Shown here one piece after another: positions 38,176 to 51,787 of a DNA stretch of 64,000 bases. The stretch lies in the NCBI RefSeq assembly GCF_018350175.1, contig NC_058368.1, forward strand, positions 69,566,001-69,630,000, written 5' to 3'. This stretch comes from Felis catus (Eukaryota). Both the position numbers and the translations under genes were made by a program. The stretch's first letter is position 1; every line of letters starts with the position of its first letter. The notes under the pieces were generated by a model. It had not been told where the DNA came from. It saw only the letters and a program-made list of their open reading frames with translations, and made no database searches.

Positions 38176-39126
38176 AAGCACTGTTACTCCTTGTGAGCCT
38201 TTCCTGATTTCTGACATGTGATGTTTCTCTTTTGCATTCCCGTAGCCTGTCTGTGCCCCATCACTGACCACTTCACCTGCACAATTCATTTTCCCTCCAG
38301 TACGTTCTGAGACTCTTGGGGACAGAAATGATATCTCCTACCATTTAATCCTTGCATGTCATGTGCATTGCTAGATTTTATGTCACAGATGCTCAGCAGA
38401 TCTAAGGGTGAGATATGTCTACAGATGGAAACGTCGTTTTGGTGGAGGTAGGAACACCTGGTTTCCACAAGTGTGTCTGAGAGGTTTTTGTGTTCGGTGG
38501 GATATTGGCCTAGGTGACGTTTACTTTTTCTGACTCTAAATTGTCACTGCTTCTTTTCCATTACATAATTATTTATTTTTATCGAGCTCCCAAATGTCTT
38601 CATTGGGCCTGTCATGTGTTACAAATTCTATTTCTGGGTGTTCTGGAAGCTGCCGTCCCCATGCTTTTTTTCTGCATATGAGCAGTTTGACTCAGTGGGG
38701 TATTTTATTTTATAACTCATTAATGTTTGTCCTCCTGTGTATTCAAATATTCAGTATCAGCTGTCAGCTACCACTGGAATTGATCCCACAGACCATTAGA
38801 ATGCACTTTCCTGCTGTGTTAGGCCCATGCCAAGAAATGAGGGTGCATGATGAATCCGGTGGCAGACGGGAACCACGTGCTTGGCCTGGTAAATATACAC
38901 GTGGGCAAGTAAATCCAGTCCTGTATTTCTCCAAAGGAGAAAAAAAAATGACTTTAATGTTACTTTGGCCCATGCAGCATGTTGAAATTAAGCACAACGT
39001 AGGAAATTCTAAGAGGTTAGTTACCCATAAAATGGGAAACAATCTCCTTCCTACTGAGTGCAAATCTGGCTGCATCGTATGGTGTCTAAGGTCATGTACT
39101 TACCATCCGGTGACTTTCTCCAAGCC

Positions 39127-39336
39127 TTTTTTTTTTTTTTTTTTTTAATTTAATGTTTATTTATTTTGGAGAGAGAGAGAACACAAGTAGGGGAGGAGCA
39201 GAGAGAGAGGGAGACAATCCGAAGCAGGCTCCAAGCTGTCAGCACAGAGCCCGACTCGGGGCTTGAACTCACGAACCGTGAGATCATGACCTGAGCTGAA
39301 GTCGGACGCTTAACCGATTGAGCCACCCAGGTGCCG
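39127..39336 (-). mobile_element. CanSINE
   Basis: TSD CTTTCTCCAAGC at 39114 and 39337. Confidence 0.96.
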
Positions 39337-40039
39337 CTTTCTCCAAGCTCTTATTGAACTTTCACTGTGCTTGGGTCGTAGGTGAGGCACCCGGGCCAAC
39401 AAAGAATCAGGTAAGGTCTGGCTCTCGAGGAGGCAACCGTCCAGATAAATAGATGCTGTCAGCATTGGGATTTTCGTGGGGCTGTTGGCCTGGACTGTGC
39501 TGTATGCTTTTTCTTCTGCAAAACTCGAGAGGAAGAGACCTGCTGTCCTGGAGGTTAAGTCGTTGAGGTTAATCCTGAGGGCCTGGCATCTGGGACTGTC
39601 AACATCTATTACCGAAGGGACCCGGTGAGATGGAATTAAAATTAGCCTGTGCAGAAAGAGCACGGGCACCATCAGTGAGATGCATACTTCTGTTCTTGAA
39701 GTAAATGGGAAATCTTTGCTATGTGGTCAACTTTTTCCAAAAAGTAAAAGCAACCATGTCCCGCATGATATCCAATGTGCCGTGGAGCCCACTCAGCCCG
39801 AGGGTTACTGGGGACAGGTCCCCAGGCGTGGGGAGCTCTGTGGCTGGTCTGGAATCTTTATTGCTCAGCAGACTTTGATTTGAGCCTCTGCAATGTTTCA
39901 GGCCCTGAACAGGGCCCTGGGTGTGTGATGGGTGAACCAAGAGACGGGCGTCTATGTGGAACATACAGCCCCCCAGGGGTGACTAAGTTTGGGAGGTGGC
40001 CTGGCGGAGAGGGGAATTCAGTGTCTGTTGAATAAACTA

Positions 40040-40120
40040 TTTTTTTTTTAAGTAATCTCTGCAACATGGGGCTTGAACTCATGACCCTGAGATCAAGAGT
40101 TGCATGCTCTACTGACTACT
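40040..40120 (-). mobile_element. Short CanSINE fragment
   Basis: TTTTAAGTAATCTCT...GGGGCTTGAACTCATGACCCTGAGATCAAGAG. Confidence 0.8.
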
Positions 40121-40514
40121 ATAAAGCCCTCTGATGTAGACACGTGTGGTGGGCATTTTTGTGTTTTAAGGGGGAGAGGACAATCAAGGACCCAAACCAT
40201 TTGGGGATCCCCTCACCGTATACCACTAACGGGGAGCCAGAGTCCCACCTCTGATGAGAGCAGCCCAGTGGGGAAGATGTACCCTCACCCTCAGAGAACA
40301 GAGTGGTTGAGAAAATAGTGACCCTGATCTGTAGTCCAGAGCTGAACACACAGAACTATAGGAAATCCATTTGCTTTGTATGAATTAAGTTGTGATTTTA
40401 TGGCCCATAACTTAATTGAGTCTTCCTCATGATGTTTACATAATCACATGAATTTCATTTTGAGAGCAGTTTGCTTTGTAAAAGACCAACCCAAATATTC
40501 AGAGACAACCCACA

Positions 40515-41290
40515 GACAAATTTATTGAACACCTACTATGTGCTAGGCGGGCCCTGGGGATAGAGCAGTGAACCAGACACACTATTTCTGCCCCCATGGA
40601 TCTTCTGTTCAAGTAGAAAAAAACATAGAAACAGCTAAATATATGTCAAGTGGTATTAAATGCAAAGAAGAAAAACAAAGCAAGGGAGACCAGAGTGAAT
40701 ATGTAGTGTTAGCGGTATATGCTTTTGGGTCCATATTTTATATAAACTTGTAGAGGAAGCCTCTGAGTATGTGAGTGAGGGAACAAGTCCTACACTCGGG
40801 GGTGAAAGTCGTTTCAGAGAGGGGGAGGAGGGTGTGCAAAGGCCCTGAGGTGGAAGAGTGTTGCGTGTATTTGAGGAACACCAAGGCGGTCACAGTCGCT
40901 GGAATAGAATGAGTGAGCGGTGAAACAGGCGAGGTGCCTGGAGAAACAATCAGGGGTCTGCTAGGCCAGGAGAAGGGGTTTAGATTTTGTTCTGAGTGAT
41001 ACAGTTGGCCTCGGCCTGTGCTTGCACCGTGCCGGCTGCTGAGTGAGCAGACTACAGTGGCTGGGTGAGGAGGCCAATTAGAAAGGGGCTGTGGTCACCC
41101 AGGAGACCGTGGTGGCACTTAGTGGTTGGGTCCCAGATATGTTTTGAAGGTAGAGCTGATTGGATTTGCTAAGGAATTGGATTTCGGGGGCGAGCGGAAA
41201 AAGACGTCAAGGGCGACTTGAAAGGGGTCACCTGAGCGGCTGCCCAAACGGAATTGCCGGTTTGGGGAAGGGGGAAGACCAGGCAGTGAG
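40515..41290 (-). mobile_element. L2 LINE 3' region
   Basis: ATTTATTGAACACCTACTATGTGCTAGGC...GCAAAGGCCCTGAGGTGG...TTTGAAGGTAGAGCTGA...GGATTTGCT. Confidence 0.85.
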
Positions 41291-42403
41291 TGGGAGAAGA
41301 ATGTTGGCCCCTGATTCTCCTCTGTGTTTTCTTTGCTCTATGCTTTGCATCTGTGAAGGTAGAAGTAAAAACATTACCGTTGCCTGATTTTCAAGATCAT
41401 CTGGGTCTGTGAAGTTGGCCTTGGCAGCTTTTTCCATCCTCGGCAGGGTTCTCCGGTCCCGCAGTGCGGTATGTTCAGTGTGGCTCGTGGGGGTGGAGTT
41501 CCAGGCTCACAGGGTAACTCTCGAGATGGTCCGGTTTCTACCAGTGACACTTTCCACACCAGCCGGAGCGCTTCTCCCGCTCAGCAAGGTCCCGTGTCCC
41601 CATACTGAGCCTCGCTCTTGGACCATCCCAGTGAGCTGGTGACCCACACCCCCACTCTCCAGGTGAGTCCCCTTCACCCCCATCTGCTTCCTCCCTCCGC
41701 TTGGGACAACTGACCCTGCCTCCACGTCCCAACTCTTGGAGAGGTGACCCTGCCGCCTCCCTCTTGATCTGTGTAAATACCACCAAGTTGACACAGTTTG
41801 GCCCAATTTTTCGGCAGCATTTCCTCGGAGAGTGATCGTCTCTGAAGGCCTGGAGACAAAGCCTTGTTTGAGAAGAGCTGTTGTGGGGTGAACAATAGCT
41901 TCTGTGTTCTTGACAAGAACCTCTGGAGAAGGGAGCAAACAAACTTGGGTGGGTGGACATTGAAAAGGCTTTTCCGAGAGTGGGATGCAAAATATAATTC
42001 TCCTCCCCTGTCACGCCTTCTCTGTTGACATTTCCTGCTCCTTCACAAAGTACAGTGTGTGCCCCGAAGTGTGTGGTTGTTGAAGAACCCACAGCCGTGT
42101 TTCAGTGTACTTTACACGCTGTGGATAATTCAAGAACTGCTCGTTTGTCGTGCAGGTGGGGGAAAGAAGGCTCGCTCCAAATAGAGCATCAATACTTTTA
42201 GCTTGAAATCTGACATTTTAATCTGCTTCCCATTTTTCCATTGAATCGAGTCAACATTTTCTTCAATTAGCGGGGTGGGGACTATAAGTGACAGGAGTTG
42301 CTAGTAAGTCCTCGGCGTGAATGAAATGGGGTGGGGGGAAAGGTATTTGCTGAAACTTGTTCGCGGAAATAAAGTAATGCTTTTTGTGCTATGGCCTATA
42401 AGC

Positions 42404-42585
42404 GTACCGTCCAGTATTGTAGTCATTAGCCACATGTGGCTGCTTAAATCAAAATTAAATCTAATTAAAAATAGTTGCCCTCACCACATTCAAGGGCTCA
42501 GTAGCCATATGTGGCTCATGGCTACTGTATTAGCTCAGATCTGGAACATTCCCTTCATTGTAGAACTTTGCGTTAGATAGTACCG
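42404..42585 (-). mobile_element. MER3-like hAT MITE
   Basis: TAGCCACATGTGGCT...CACATTCAAGGGCTCAGTAGCCATATGTGGCT...GAACATTCC. Confidence 0.8.
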
Positions 42586-43770
42586 GTCTAGACTATAAAA
42601 TAACCGTCTCTGATAAATTATCATGCATTTCACTCGTTGCCACCTGCCCAAGACCTGAGGGAGGAAAAGTGCCAAGAGGCTCAAAGAAAATCCGTTTTTC
42701 TAACATGGTGTGGTCTTGGTGGGTGTTGTGTGTGGGGCTCCTTCCTTCGTCCTTCGGTTTGGACCTTTGTCCTGCTTGGAGCTCTGGTTGAGGACGGTGG
42801 TGAGTTGCTCATGTAGGCAAATGCTCCCTTCTTTCCAAGACACTTAAATAGAAAGGTAACGTGTTCTGGTAAGAAAGTCATGGAGTAGTTGACATCCCTG
42901 AGGTCATAAGATGCAGGAGCAAGAGTGGAAGCAGAGGTGGGAGACATTTGGAAAGTCCCACTTGCATTGTGTGAATCCGACTCGCGAAAAAGCTAACCAG
43001 ACAGAAGGATCTTTCCTTAACTCGCTCGGCTTACTGACATGTTATTGTCTTACTTACCAGTTATGTTTAAATAGAGTCGATTGTTTTCTTTTCTAGTGTG
43101 AAGAGCAGGCCAAGGGTGGTTATCATGCTTTTGCTTAGGTCAGGCATGCTGGATAAATATTTACTAAGCTGAGTAGGCCTGTGAGAGCAGGTCTGGGTTG
43201 GGGGTGCTCGGGAGTGGGCGACATTCCCCTCATAACAGAGCTGCCTCACCTCACTGCTGGCAGACACCCTGGGACGCCTGAGGTTATACCTCAGAGGAGG
43301 TGACCGCAGGCTACCTGGTGGGAGGTGTGGTGGCTTCCAAGTCGAATCCACTAAGGAAACGTGACCCTTCTCTGAGGTACCAAGCTACGTGCCTCAGGTG
43401 GCCCCAGAGCCCCAGGGAAATGTTCCAGGTATAATGCAGTTCACCCACAGGGAGGTTTGGAAGTAGGCTCCAAATGGCACAGTCCCCACACTGTGAAATG
43501 TAGTCAGTAGAAGTAATTGAAATTTCTGAGCTCACAGCTTATCAAGAGTGTGGGTTGAAATGAAGCCTGGGGGGTGTTGTAATGACAAACAGTAATAGGA
43601 AGGCCGGGCGAGGAGTCATGAAGTCAGCCTGGGCCAGCAGAGACGTTTCTCTGGCCAGACGGAGCCTGTGCAGCCTTCAGTCCACGCGGCAGAAGGGCCA
43701 TAACGTGGCGTTTCACTAAGACGGCCATTTTGTTCACCCAGGTCGTTTTCACTGGGGAGTCAGCAAATCC

Positions 43771-43831
43771 TTTTTTTTTTTTTTATGTTTATTTATTTAT
43801 TTTGAGAGAGAGCATGCACAAGCGGGAGAGG

Positions 43832-43884
<53 letters not shown>

Positions 43885-44030
43885 GGGAGAGAGAGGGACA
43901 GCCAGAGAATCCCAAGCAGGCACTGTCAGCGCAGAGCCTGTGGGTGGTTTGATCTCACAAACCTTGAAATCGTGACCTGAGCTGAAATCCAGAGTCGGAC
44001 ACTCAACTGACTGAGCCACCCAGGAACCCC
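43771..44030 (-). mobile_element. CanSINE with expanded (AG)n
   Basis: TSD AGCAAATC at 43762 and 44032. Confidence 0.94.
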
Positions 44031-45416
44031 AAGCAAATCTTTTGATCATGGCCGGGTTTCCAGATGTTTTTTTTTTTTTTTTTTTGACTGTGAGGTGAAT
44101 GTGATGATCCCTCAAGATATGTTGGCCTTTTAAAATATATTTACTTGGTAAAGAATAGTAGAAATCCATCTTGGGAAATTTCTGTGGCCTTGAGCTGTTT
44201 CCCCCAGATTTGAACATTCTCAGCAAGCTGATCTTCTCTCCTGTCCTGAAAAGACAGAATAAATGTGTATGTTTGATGGCATCATTTGGCCACAGGGTTG
44301 CTTCTCAACTCTCCTCCGACCCTTGTTCCCCTCCTCCATTGAGGGCTGTGGGAAGCACAGGACACTTATGTGATACTGGTCGTGAGCACCAGTAAAGCAA
44401 CAAACTTTCAGAGCAACTGACTGAAAGAGGGCAGATGATTGGATAACCTCAGAGTCAACAGTCATCTGGTTCACCCAATGTTGGTAATTGTGATCGAATA
44501 CTGGCAAATATAGATACAATTTTTTAAAATAAATTTTATCTGTAAGATGCCATGCAGTTGAGTTTTCTTGGATGTCCTATTGCTTAATTAAAAACAGAAA
44601 CAAAAACAACCCACGGGATGAAGGCAGCCCCCTCAGACTTACATGTGAGTCATACAGGAAGTCATGAAACAGACAGAAACCCAGCCCTTGGCGTGAAGGT
44701 GAATTTGTGCTGTGATGTTCAAAGTTGAGTACCAAAGGCTGTTGTAAGATGAGGGGTTCCCCCCCCCCCTTATTTTTTCTTTCTCTTCTGGCAAAGGTAA
44801 AAAGCATTTCATTCTTCCCCCAAAATTTATGTCCCCAGACATTTTTTTATAAATCAACTTCTACTTACCTAAAAGGCTATATTGTTGGTTTAAATGAATG
44901 GAATCAGTGTTTGGGGCTTCTTGCTTGGTATAAATTGGTACTCTTTCAAAGTAGTCCTAGTGAGTGGTTCTTTTTAACGTGGTGGTAAATTATGGGGCAG
45001 GAATCATAAATTGATTTTCATTCTGCTGCCTAGTCTGATTCATGGTGGCTGACAGAGCCCCGTGTTGAAAGAGAAAAGGCAGTTTCCATCAGTGGTGTCC
45101 TCGTGGGACATGGGAAGGACAAAGGGGCAGTGGATGTGACCAAGGTTTGCTGACCTTGTGGCCCTGGGGAGTGCCAGCCATTTAGATTTATGAAGTTTTG
45201 CTGGGTCACTACCTCTCATTCACCTGTTCTGCTTACAAACTCCAGATTTGTCAATAAGATGACCTTTGAAAGCATCAAGCTCTTCAGATAAACGTAATAA
45301 TCCAGGACTTCCTCCCTCCTCCCCATAGTGTGCTGGCTGGGTGAATCAGTTTATGAAGTTTATTTGACTTGTTGACCTTGTCCAGCAAAGAATCATGGTC
45401 TTAAAGAATAATTTAA

Positions 45417-45618
45417 GGGGCACCTGGGTGGCTCAGTCGGTTAAGTGTCCAGCTTTGGCCCGGGTCATGATCTCGCGGTTTGGGAGTTCGAGCCTTACAT
45501 TGGGCTGTCTGCTGTCATCGTGGAGCCTGCTTCAGATCCTCTGTCCCCCTCTTTCTCTGCCCTACCCCCACTGGCACACACACTGTCTCTCAAAAATAAA
45601 TAAACTTAAAAAAAAAAG
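45417..45618 (+). mobile_element. CanSINE
   Basis: Degenerate TSD AAAGAATAATTTAA / AAAGAGTAACTTAA. Confidence 0.94.
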
Positions 45619-45962
45619 AGTAACTTAAGTAATAAAGAGACTTTCAGAATTGTTTTCCTACCCAGTCCAAACAGGTAATCCAGAAATAAATGTCACTTTG
45701 GATTTGTTAGCATCAGCATTAATTAGGACACTTTGCATATCGATTTGCATATCATAGCAAGTAACAGTTGCTAGAATCCTTTGTGTTCTAGTGAAGAGCT
45801 GTATCTGGAAGATAGGGGTATGTGGGTATGTGTTCTGAGAGCCTTTATCCCCATCCTTTTTTTTTTTTTTTGCATTCTTAAAATTGATCTACAAAATTAA
45901 GTGGAAATAATTGCTACAGTTCAAAGCCCAAGAAAGAGCCCTGAAGGCTGCTTGACCTCTAG

Positions 45963-46398
45963 CCCAGTGCTTGTCCACACCAGCTGCATGATAATCTTAC
46001 CTGGGGAGCTCTTTAAAAAGAGTACTAATTAAAAAAAAAAAAAAAAAAAAAAGAATACTGATGTCTAGGTCCCACACCAGGCTAGTTGAATCAGGATCTT
46101 TTGGGGGTGGGAACCAAACATGGATACATTAATTAATTGCTTATTTTGAGAGAGAGAGAGAGAGCATGTGTGTGTGCGCGCGAGTGGGGGAGGGATGGAG
46201 AGGAAGAGAGAGAGAGAATCCCAAGCAGGCTCTGCATGTTCAGAGCAGAGCCCAACACAGGGCTTGATCTCACAAACCTGCGAGATCGTGACCTGAGCCA
46301 AGATCAAGAGTTGGATGCTTGACCGACTGAGCCACCCAGGTGCCCAGATACATTTTTTTTTTTTAAAAAAGCTGCATCGTAGTTTAAGAACACTGCTC
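45963..46398. mobile_element. MER5-like MITE carrying a poly(A) and a SINE insertion
   Basis: CAGTGCTT...ACCTGGGGAGCT...ATACTGATGTCTAGGTCCCAC...TGAATCAG...TTTAAGAACACTG. Confidence 0.65.
46131..46345 (-). mobile_element. CanSINE
   Basis: TSD GATACATT at 46123 and 46347. Confidence 0.94.
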
Positions 46399-47529
46399 CA
46401 AGAGACAGGTGTGATCTTCAGGTCCTTCCCTATAAACCCCCCGTTATCCACTGCAGGTAAGCTCTCCCTCGATCTGGCCCATCCCCCTCCATCATCAGCC
46501 CCCATCACCCCGCAGACTCCAGGCACCCCAGCCGTGAGAACATGCATGTTCTCTCCTCTCCTCCTTTGTATTTGCACAGGCTCTTCTTTCTGCCCTGACT
46601 GCTACTTCCCCAGCCTCTTCCATCCCAGTTCTCTGCGCAAAATTACCTGCTCCCCAAGAGTCTAGTTCTGTGCTCCTTTCCTTAGGGAAACCCCTTCCTC
46701 CCTAGGCCAACTTGGCATTCTAGGTTTTCATGGCCCCCGGAAGACCGGGACCACCCCTCTTCACTCCTCCACACCCAGTGCAATCTATGGTCAAAAAGTG
46801 TTTGCTGATCAGTGAGTGCACTGGCAATAATTCCTGCCTTCCTAGGTTCTGAGCCGTGTGAAAGTGCTTAGAAATTGTAAAGCATTGTGCATAAAGAAAG
46901 TGGTTTATCATTAGTGTTGGTTTGGATCTTTAAATGAGAGCAAATGAATATTTGCCATTTTCCTGTAGACTCTACTGTCGTTCAAGTCCAAATGTGGGGC
47001 GCTGTGCTTTATTTATTTATTGTGTAGCATACAGTCTGGTGGCCCTCCAGGCACACAGCATAGTCCCCCTCCAGAAGGATTGGGTGTGGGGCTTTCCTAC
47101 ACACAGCGCAGAGCAAAGTGCAGCTCAGCTAATGAGATGTTGTGTTTGCTATGGGCAGCTTTTCCATGATTCCAAAACCTTGTCCAAATAAGCAAGCTGC
47201 CTGCGGACTTTTATTATGTGGACTCACCTCTCTCAGAGCCATCTGTGAGCGTGGTTTTGTGAAGCAATTATATTGCAGGTGTGCAATAGAGATGAAGTAA
47301 TGGCTTAATTATTCGGTGAAGCAGCAGGCATTTTGGACCGGAGACTGGCTTCACAAACGTCCCAGGCTTGCTTCATGCTATTTAGTTCTTTGGAATTTTA
47401 ACACAACCTAGAGCAAGAGAATTATTGGGACCGCAGCCGGCTGTGTGCACGATAATTTTAAAAAGTCAGCTTCTTCCATATTTTAATCATAAGGAAGGTC
47501 TGCCTGATTCTCTTTTCTTACTGCTGTAG

Positions 47530-47685
47530 GGGAGGGGCTTCGGGTGGGGTTGTGTGTTTCTGAATTGTCTGGAACGTAAGCAGAATTTCAGTGTATGTGT
47601 ATATTTGGGAGAAGAAAGCCTCTTTCTTTCATCAAATTCTCAAAAGGGTCTGTGGATCCCTCCCCCACCAACTGAAGAACGAGAG
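47530..47685 (+). mobile_element. MER103C-like hAT relic
   Basis: GTGTATGTGTATATTTGGGAGA...CTTTCATCAAATTCTCAAAAGGGTCTGTG. Confidence 0.6.
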
Positions 47686-48949
47686 TATCAAATGTTGTTT
47701 TCTGTTTCTTTGAAGTTGTCAGTTGTGTCTAGGAGTTAAAGACAGATCTTGAATGAATTCCTTGTCTTCTTCTATGGTTTAGAAGTAGATCAGAAGCCAG
47801 TGCATTTCTCAGTTATCCATTCTCCTGTATCTTGTTTGCCATTGTCCCGTGCGTTTGCTTTTTGACCTTGACATTTCTGATGAGAAGAGGCAGAGAGGTG
47901 GAAAATGAACTACAAAACAGGATGCCAAGGAAAAAGGTGATTAGGATTTCTGTGTAAGGCCATTCAACCCCCAGCTGCATTGCAGAGTGGTCTTGGGTCT
48001 ACCCTACGTTTTTGAGCACCTGTCATATACACTTGGTATAGACTCTGATTTTTAGCTATCATCTTGGCATTTTGAAGGAGGCCACGTTTTGCCCATTTTA
48101 CCAAGAAAAGTTAAACTGGCTCATGTTCAGACATCTTCCAACATGGGGACTGCGCTGGAGTGGCCCATACCTGCACAGAGGAGATGTTTGTCAAATTTAA
48201 CTGACTAGCATAGAAAACACAATTCCTAGAGCAGCTAATAGAGCCTCTTGTGGAACTGCACTTCGTGTTTCTTTTTGCATCGGCTTGTAGGAAAGATCTT
48301 GTTTGGACGCAGCAATCAGCTTAATTCCTTCTGGCTTGCCCGTGGTTTTCAATTATTGGTGTGAGTTCTGCCAGCTGTTCCCAGGAAGAAGGTAAATGGC
48401 TTGCTTTTATCTGTGTTGATGCTGTTGACCTTTGACGCGGAGTCTTTTCTTTGTCAGACATTTAATTAATCCTCTGTGGGTAGGAACTAAGCACTGTACA
48501 GAGGCGTTAAACACAGCCCTGCCTTCTAGGAGCGTGGAGCATAATGAAGCTTTCTGTCCTTCTAGCACCTGGGAGTGTGTAGTGTTGTGGGGCTACAGAG
48601 GGAGGGGTGTTCTGCCTGCTGATGAATGCCTGTGCTGTTTCTCGCCGTGGTGTGGAAATACAAAGGAACTACGTAGTGAGCGGGCTTTAAATTGATTGGG
48701 TCATGCACTGAGCTGTGTGCTCAGAGTAGAGTTTGCAGACTTGGTGGTCAGGGAGCTAGCACGTTGTAGTAGAGTGGGTCGCCAAATGCAGAGGCGTCCT
48801 GCGTGGATGTCGTCTGGCTAAAGGGATAGAATGGGAAAGCATGGGTTTGGTTGGGGCTCCAGTAACAGGCCTAGGTGTTACAGCCACTGCAGTTTCCAGC
48901 TTCAGAAAATACTGGTTATGTGTTACTTTAAAAAAAATATTACTTGATT

Positions 48950-49026
48950 TTCCTTTTCCTTTCTTTCTTTTCTTTTCTTTTCTTTCTTTCTTTTTCTTTC
49001 TTTCTTTCTTTCTTTTTCTTTCTTTC

Positions 49027-49070
<44 letters not shown>

Positions 49071-49448
49071 TCAGAGCTAGCAGGTGAGGGACAGAGAGAG
49101 ACTCTTTTCTTTAATCCTTTATACTTTTTTTAAAATTTATTTTGAGAGAGAGCCTGAGTGAGAGAGAGGCAGAGAGAGGAGAAGGGGGGAGAGAGAATCC
49201 CAAGCAGGCTCTGTGCTGTCCACACAGAGCCTGACTCAAGGCTCAAACTCATGAACCATGAGATCATGACCTGAGCTGAAATCCAGAGTCAGACTGAGCT
49301 GCCCAAGCATGCTAAAGAGAAAGAATCTTAAGCAGGCTCCATGCCCAGTATGAGCCCAATGAGGGGCTCTCTCCCACCACCCTGGGATCATGACCTGAAC
49401 CGAAATCAGAAGTCCGATGCTCAACCGGCTGTGTCACCCAGGTGCCCC
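48950..49448 (-). mobile_element. Two nested antisense CanSINEs with a (CTTT)n tail (48950-49072)
   Basis: Outer element resumes at ~49314 after an inner copy (~49104-49312). Confidence 0.85.
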
Positions 49449-49955
49449 AAAACATTAATTGATTTTAATTCTGAGTAAGAAAGTAATACATATTCTGCCT
49501 TGAAAAAAAAAAATTGAACACAAAGAAAAAGAAATTCTACCATGCATAGTTGACCGTTGTTTTAAAATTTTGGTGTCTGTTTTTCTCTGCTTGCAGTACC
49601 CTATTAATATGGACCTTGGCTTAAAGCAGCCTTTTCTCTTCACACCAGCCCTGCCATGCACTGAGAATTAAACAGTTACCAGTCACGAGACATAAAAGCA
49701 GGCTCTGGCCAGCTCTGTTTGAAAGGTGGACCCTAGCAGGTGGAAGTGCACGAAAATAAGGGCTGTCATTTGCAGTGAGGATTTTGACATCATGCGTTCA
49801 AGTTGTTTCTTTCTTTGCCTCTTCGACAAGAGACTCCCAAGCTTTGAGCTTTCTGGTTATTCTCCTGGAAGATCGCATAATTGCTAAAGAAAGAAAAATA
49901 TTAATAAAGATAAGATTTGCCCCCCTCCAAACACAACATTAAGATTTTAACTCCA

Positions 49956-50170
49956 GGGGTGCATGGGTGGCTCAGTCAGTTAAGCGTCCGACTTCAGCTC
50001 ACGGTTCAGGAGTTTGAGCCCCGCTTCAGGCCCTGTGCTGACAGCTCAGTGCCTGGAGCCTGCTTTGGATTCTGTGTCTCCCTCTCTTTCTCTCTCTGCC
50101 CCTTCCCTGCTCTTCCTCTCTCTCTCTGTCTCTCACAAATAAATAAATGTTAAAAAAATTTTTTGTTTTA
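49956..50170 (+). mobile_element. CanSINE
   Basis: TSD AAGATTTTAACTCCA at 49941 and 50171. Confidence 0.95.
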
Positions 50171-50419
50171 AAGATTTTAACTCCAATAATCAAAGTGGAA
50201 ACCTGGATTCACAAATTATGTCTATGAAGATCTTTCTTTCCTTTTTTTTTTTCTTTCTGTGAATAATAACCTTAGCGAGACATGTCATTCTTTGGTTCTG
50301 TTGAGTGTTTAAGAAAATGAACAGTAACAAAAAGCTGTTTGGAGTGGTATGGCTGTAAATCAAGGAGTGCATGTAAAATTGTTGCTAATAATGAGTGCAT
50401 TTGATTTTAGTTCTTTATT

Positions 50420-50647
50420 ATTTAAAAAAATTTTTTTAGTGTGTATTTTTTTTTTTAAGAGAGAGTGAGAGAGACAGAGTACAAGCAGGGAAGGGGCAAA
50501 GAGAGAGGGTAAGAGAGAATCCCAAACAGGCTCTGTGCTGACAGCGTGGAGCCATCCTCTGGGGCTCGATCCCACAAACCATGAGACCATGACCTGAGCC
50601 GAAATCAGGAGTCAGGTGCTCAACCTGCTGAGCCACCCAGGTGCCCC
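50420..50647 (-). mobile_element. CanSINE
   Basis: TSD GTTCTTTATT flanks. Confidence 0.93.
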
Positions 50648-50970
50648 TCTTGTTCTTTATTGTTCTTTGAAGACTTCTTTGTTTCTATGTTTTTGCCTAT
50701 TTCCTATTTCCCAGATTATCTGCTGCTTTGTTTATAGTCCTAATCAGTTGGGACTAAAATGCTCCAGGAACACTGAAAATGGCTCTTTTGTTCTGATGGC
50801 ACCTTTGAATAGTGTCTAATGTTAAGTCTAAATAATCTTTTAGGAATTTGTTGTTTCAACTCCTTCTAGGTCTCCGTAGTTTACCGTAAACCCCACCAAA
50901 TTCAGATTTTGACCACCCTCTTGCCCTGAGAGCACTGTATCTGCATTAAGATATTTATCAAGACAAGAGG

Positions 50971-51087
50971 AGGGGAGCCTGGTTGGCTCAGTCAGTAGAC
51001 AATGTGACTCTTGATCTCTTGTAAGTTCGAGCCCCACATTGGGTGTAGAGATTACTCAAGAATAAAATCTTAAAAACAAAACAAAAA
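50971..51087 (+). mobile_element. Short CanSINE
   Basis: tRNA head plus A-rich tail; TSD CAAGAGGA. Confidence 0.85.
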
Positions 51088-51787
51088 ACCCAAGAGGAAA
51101 CAAGTCTTCAGGTGGCAAGTGCCTGAGTAAGGACAGAGTGCTCCGTGCTACCTTTCTGCTTAGGCTTTCCCCTAAGTCATGTGGCAAACACGGGGAACAC
51201 TTCCTTCGGGTCCTGGACCACTGTCAGATGTGCAGACCCTGTATGTCTCCAGATTTGGTAGTAACCCTCCAAAGTACGTCATTATTTTATTCTTACAGGC
51301 TCTTCTGTGAATGGCTGTTCTTTGAAGGGAGATGGGCAGATGAGTGGGATCCTTCCTGGGATCCTTCCCAGGATCTGTGTGTGTTAAATTCTCTATTAAA
51401 TGGGTTGGTTTCCAGAGGACATTTTATATTCTATAAAACAGTAATTTTATAAGCCCATATAAAATGTGTCCTATAAATGTAAACTGTTCTGGCTTTCTGC
51501 CTGTTGGCCTTCTCAGATCTGCTGTCTCAGCCGCTGGGGTCCCACGTGTCCAAGGGGTCACTCTCCCCTATTCTCTCTGCCCTTACAAAAATGGGACAGA
51601 ACGGCATTACTAATACTATTTTATTTACCAAGTAATGGTTTTGAAATATGTATGATGCTCTTAGTATTCAGTCATTTCTTTGAAAAAAGGCTTCTCCGAA
51701 AGTGTTGGCCTGCTCAGGTGACATGGCTTCTGGCCTGTGTGCTGCCACTAAGTAGTGGGGGGTGGTAACCTTGGAGAGTCACTCTTT

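Noticed and set aside
38594..39148. 184-aa ORF
   Set aside because: No recognisable homology; ends in a SINE T-tail
41507..42092. Overlapping 143- and 184-aa minus-strand ORFs
   Set aside because: Non-ATG starts in a GC-richer patch; no domain similarity
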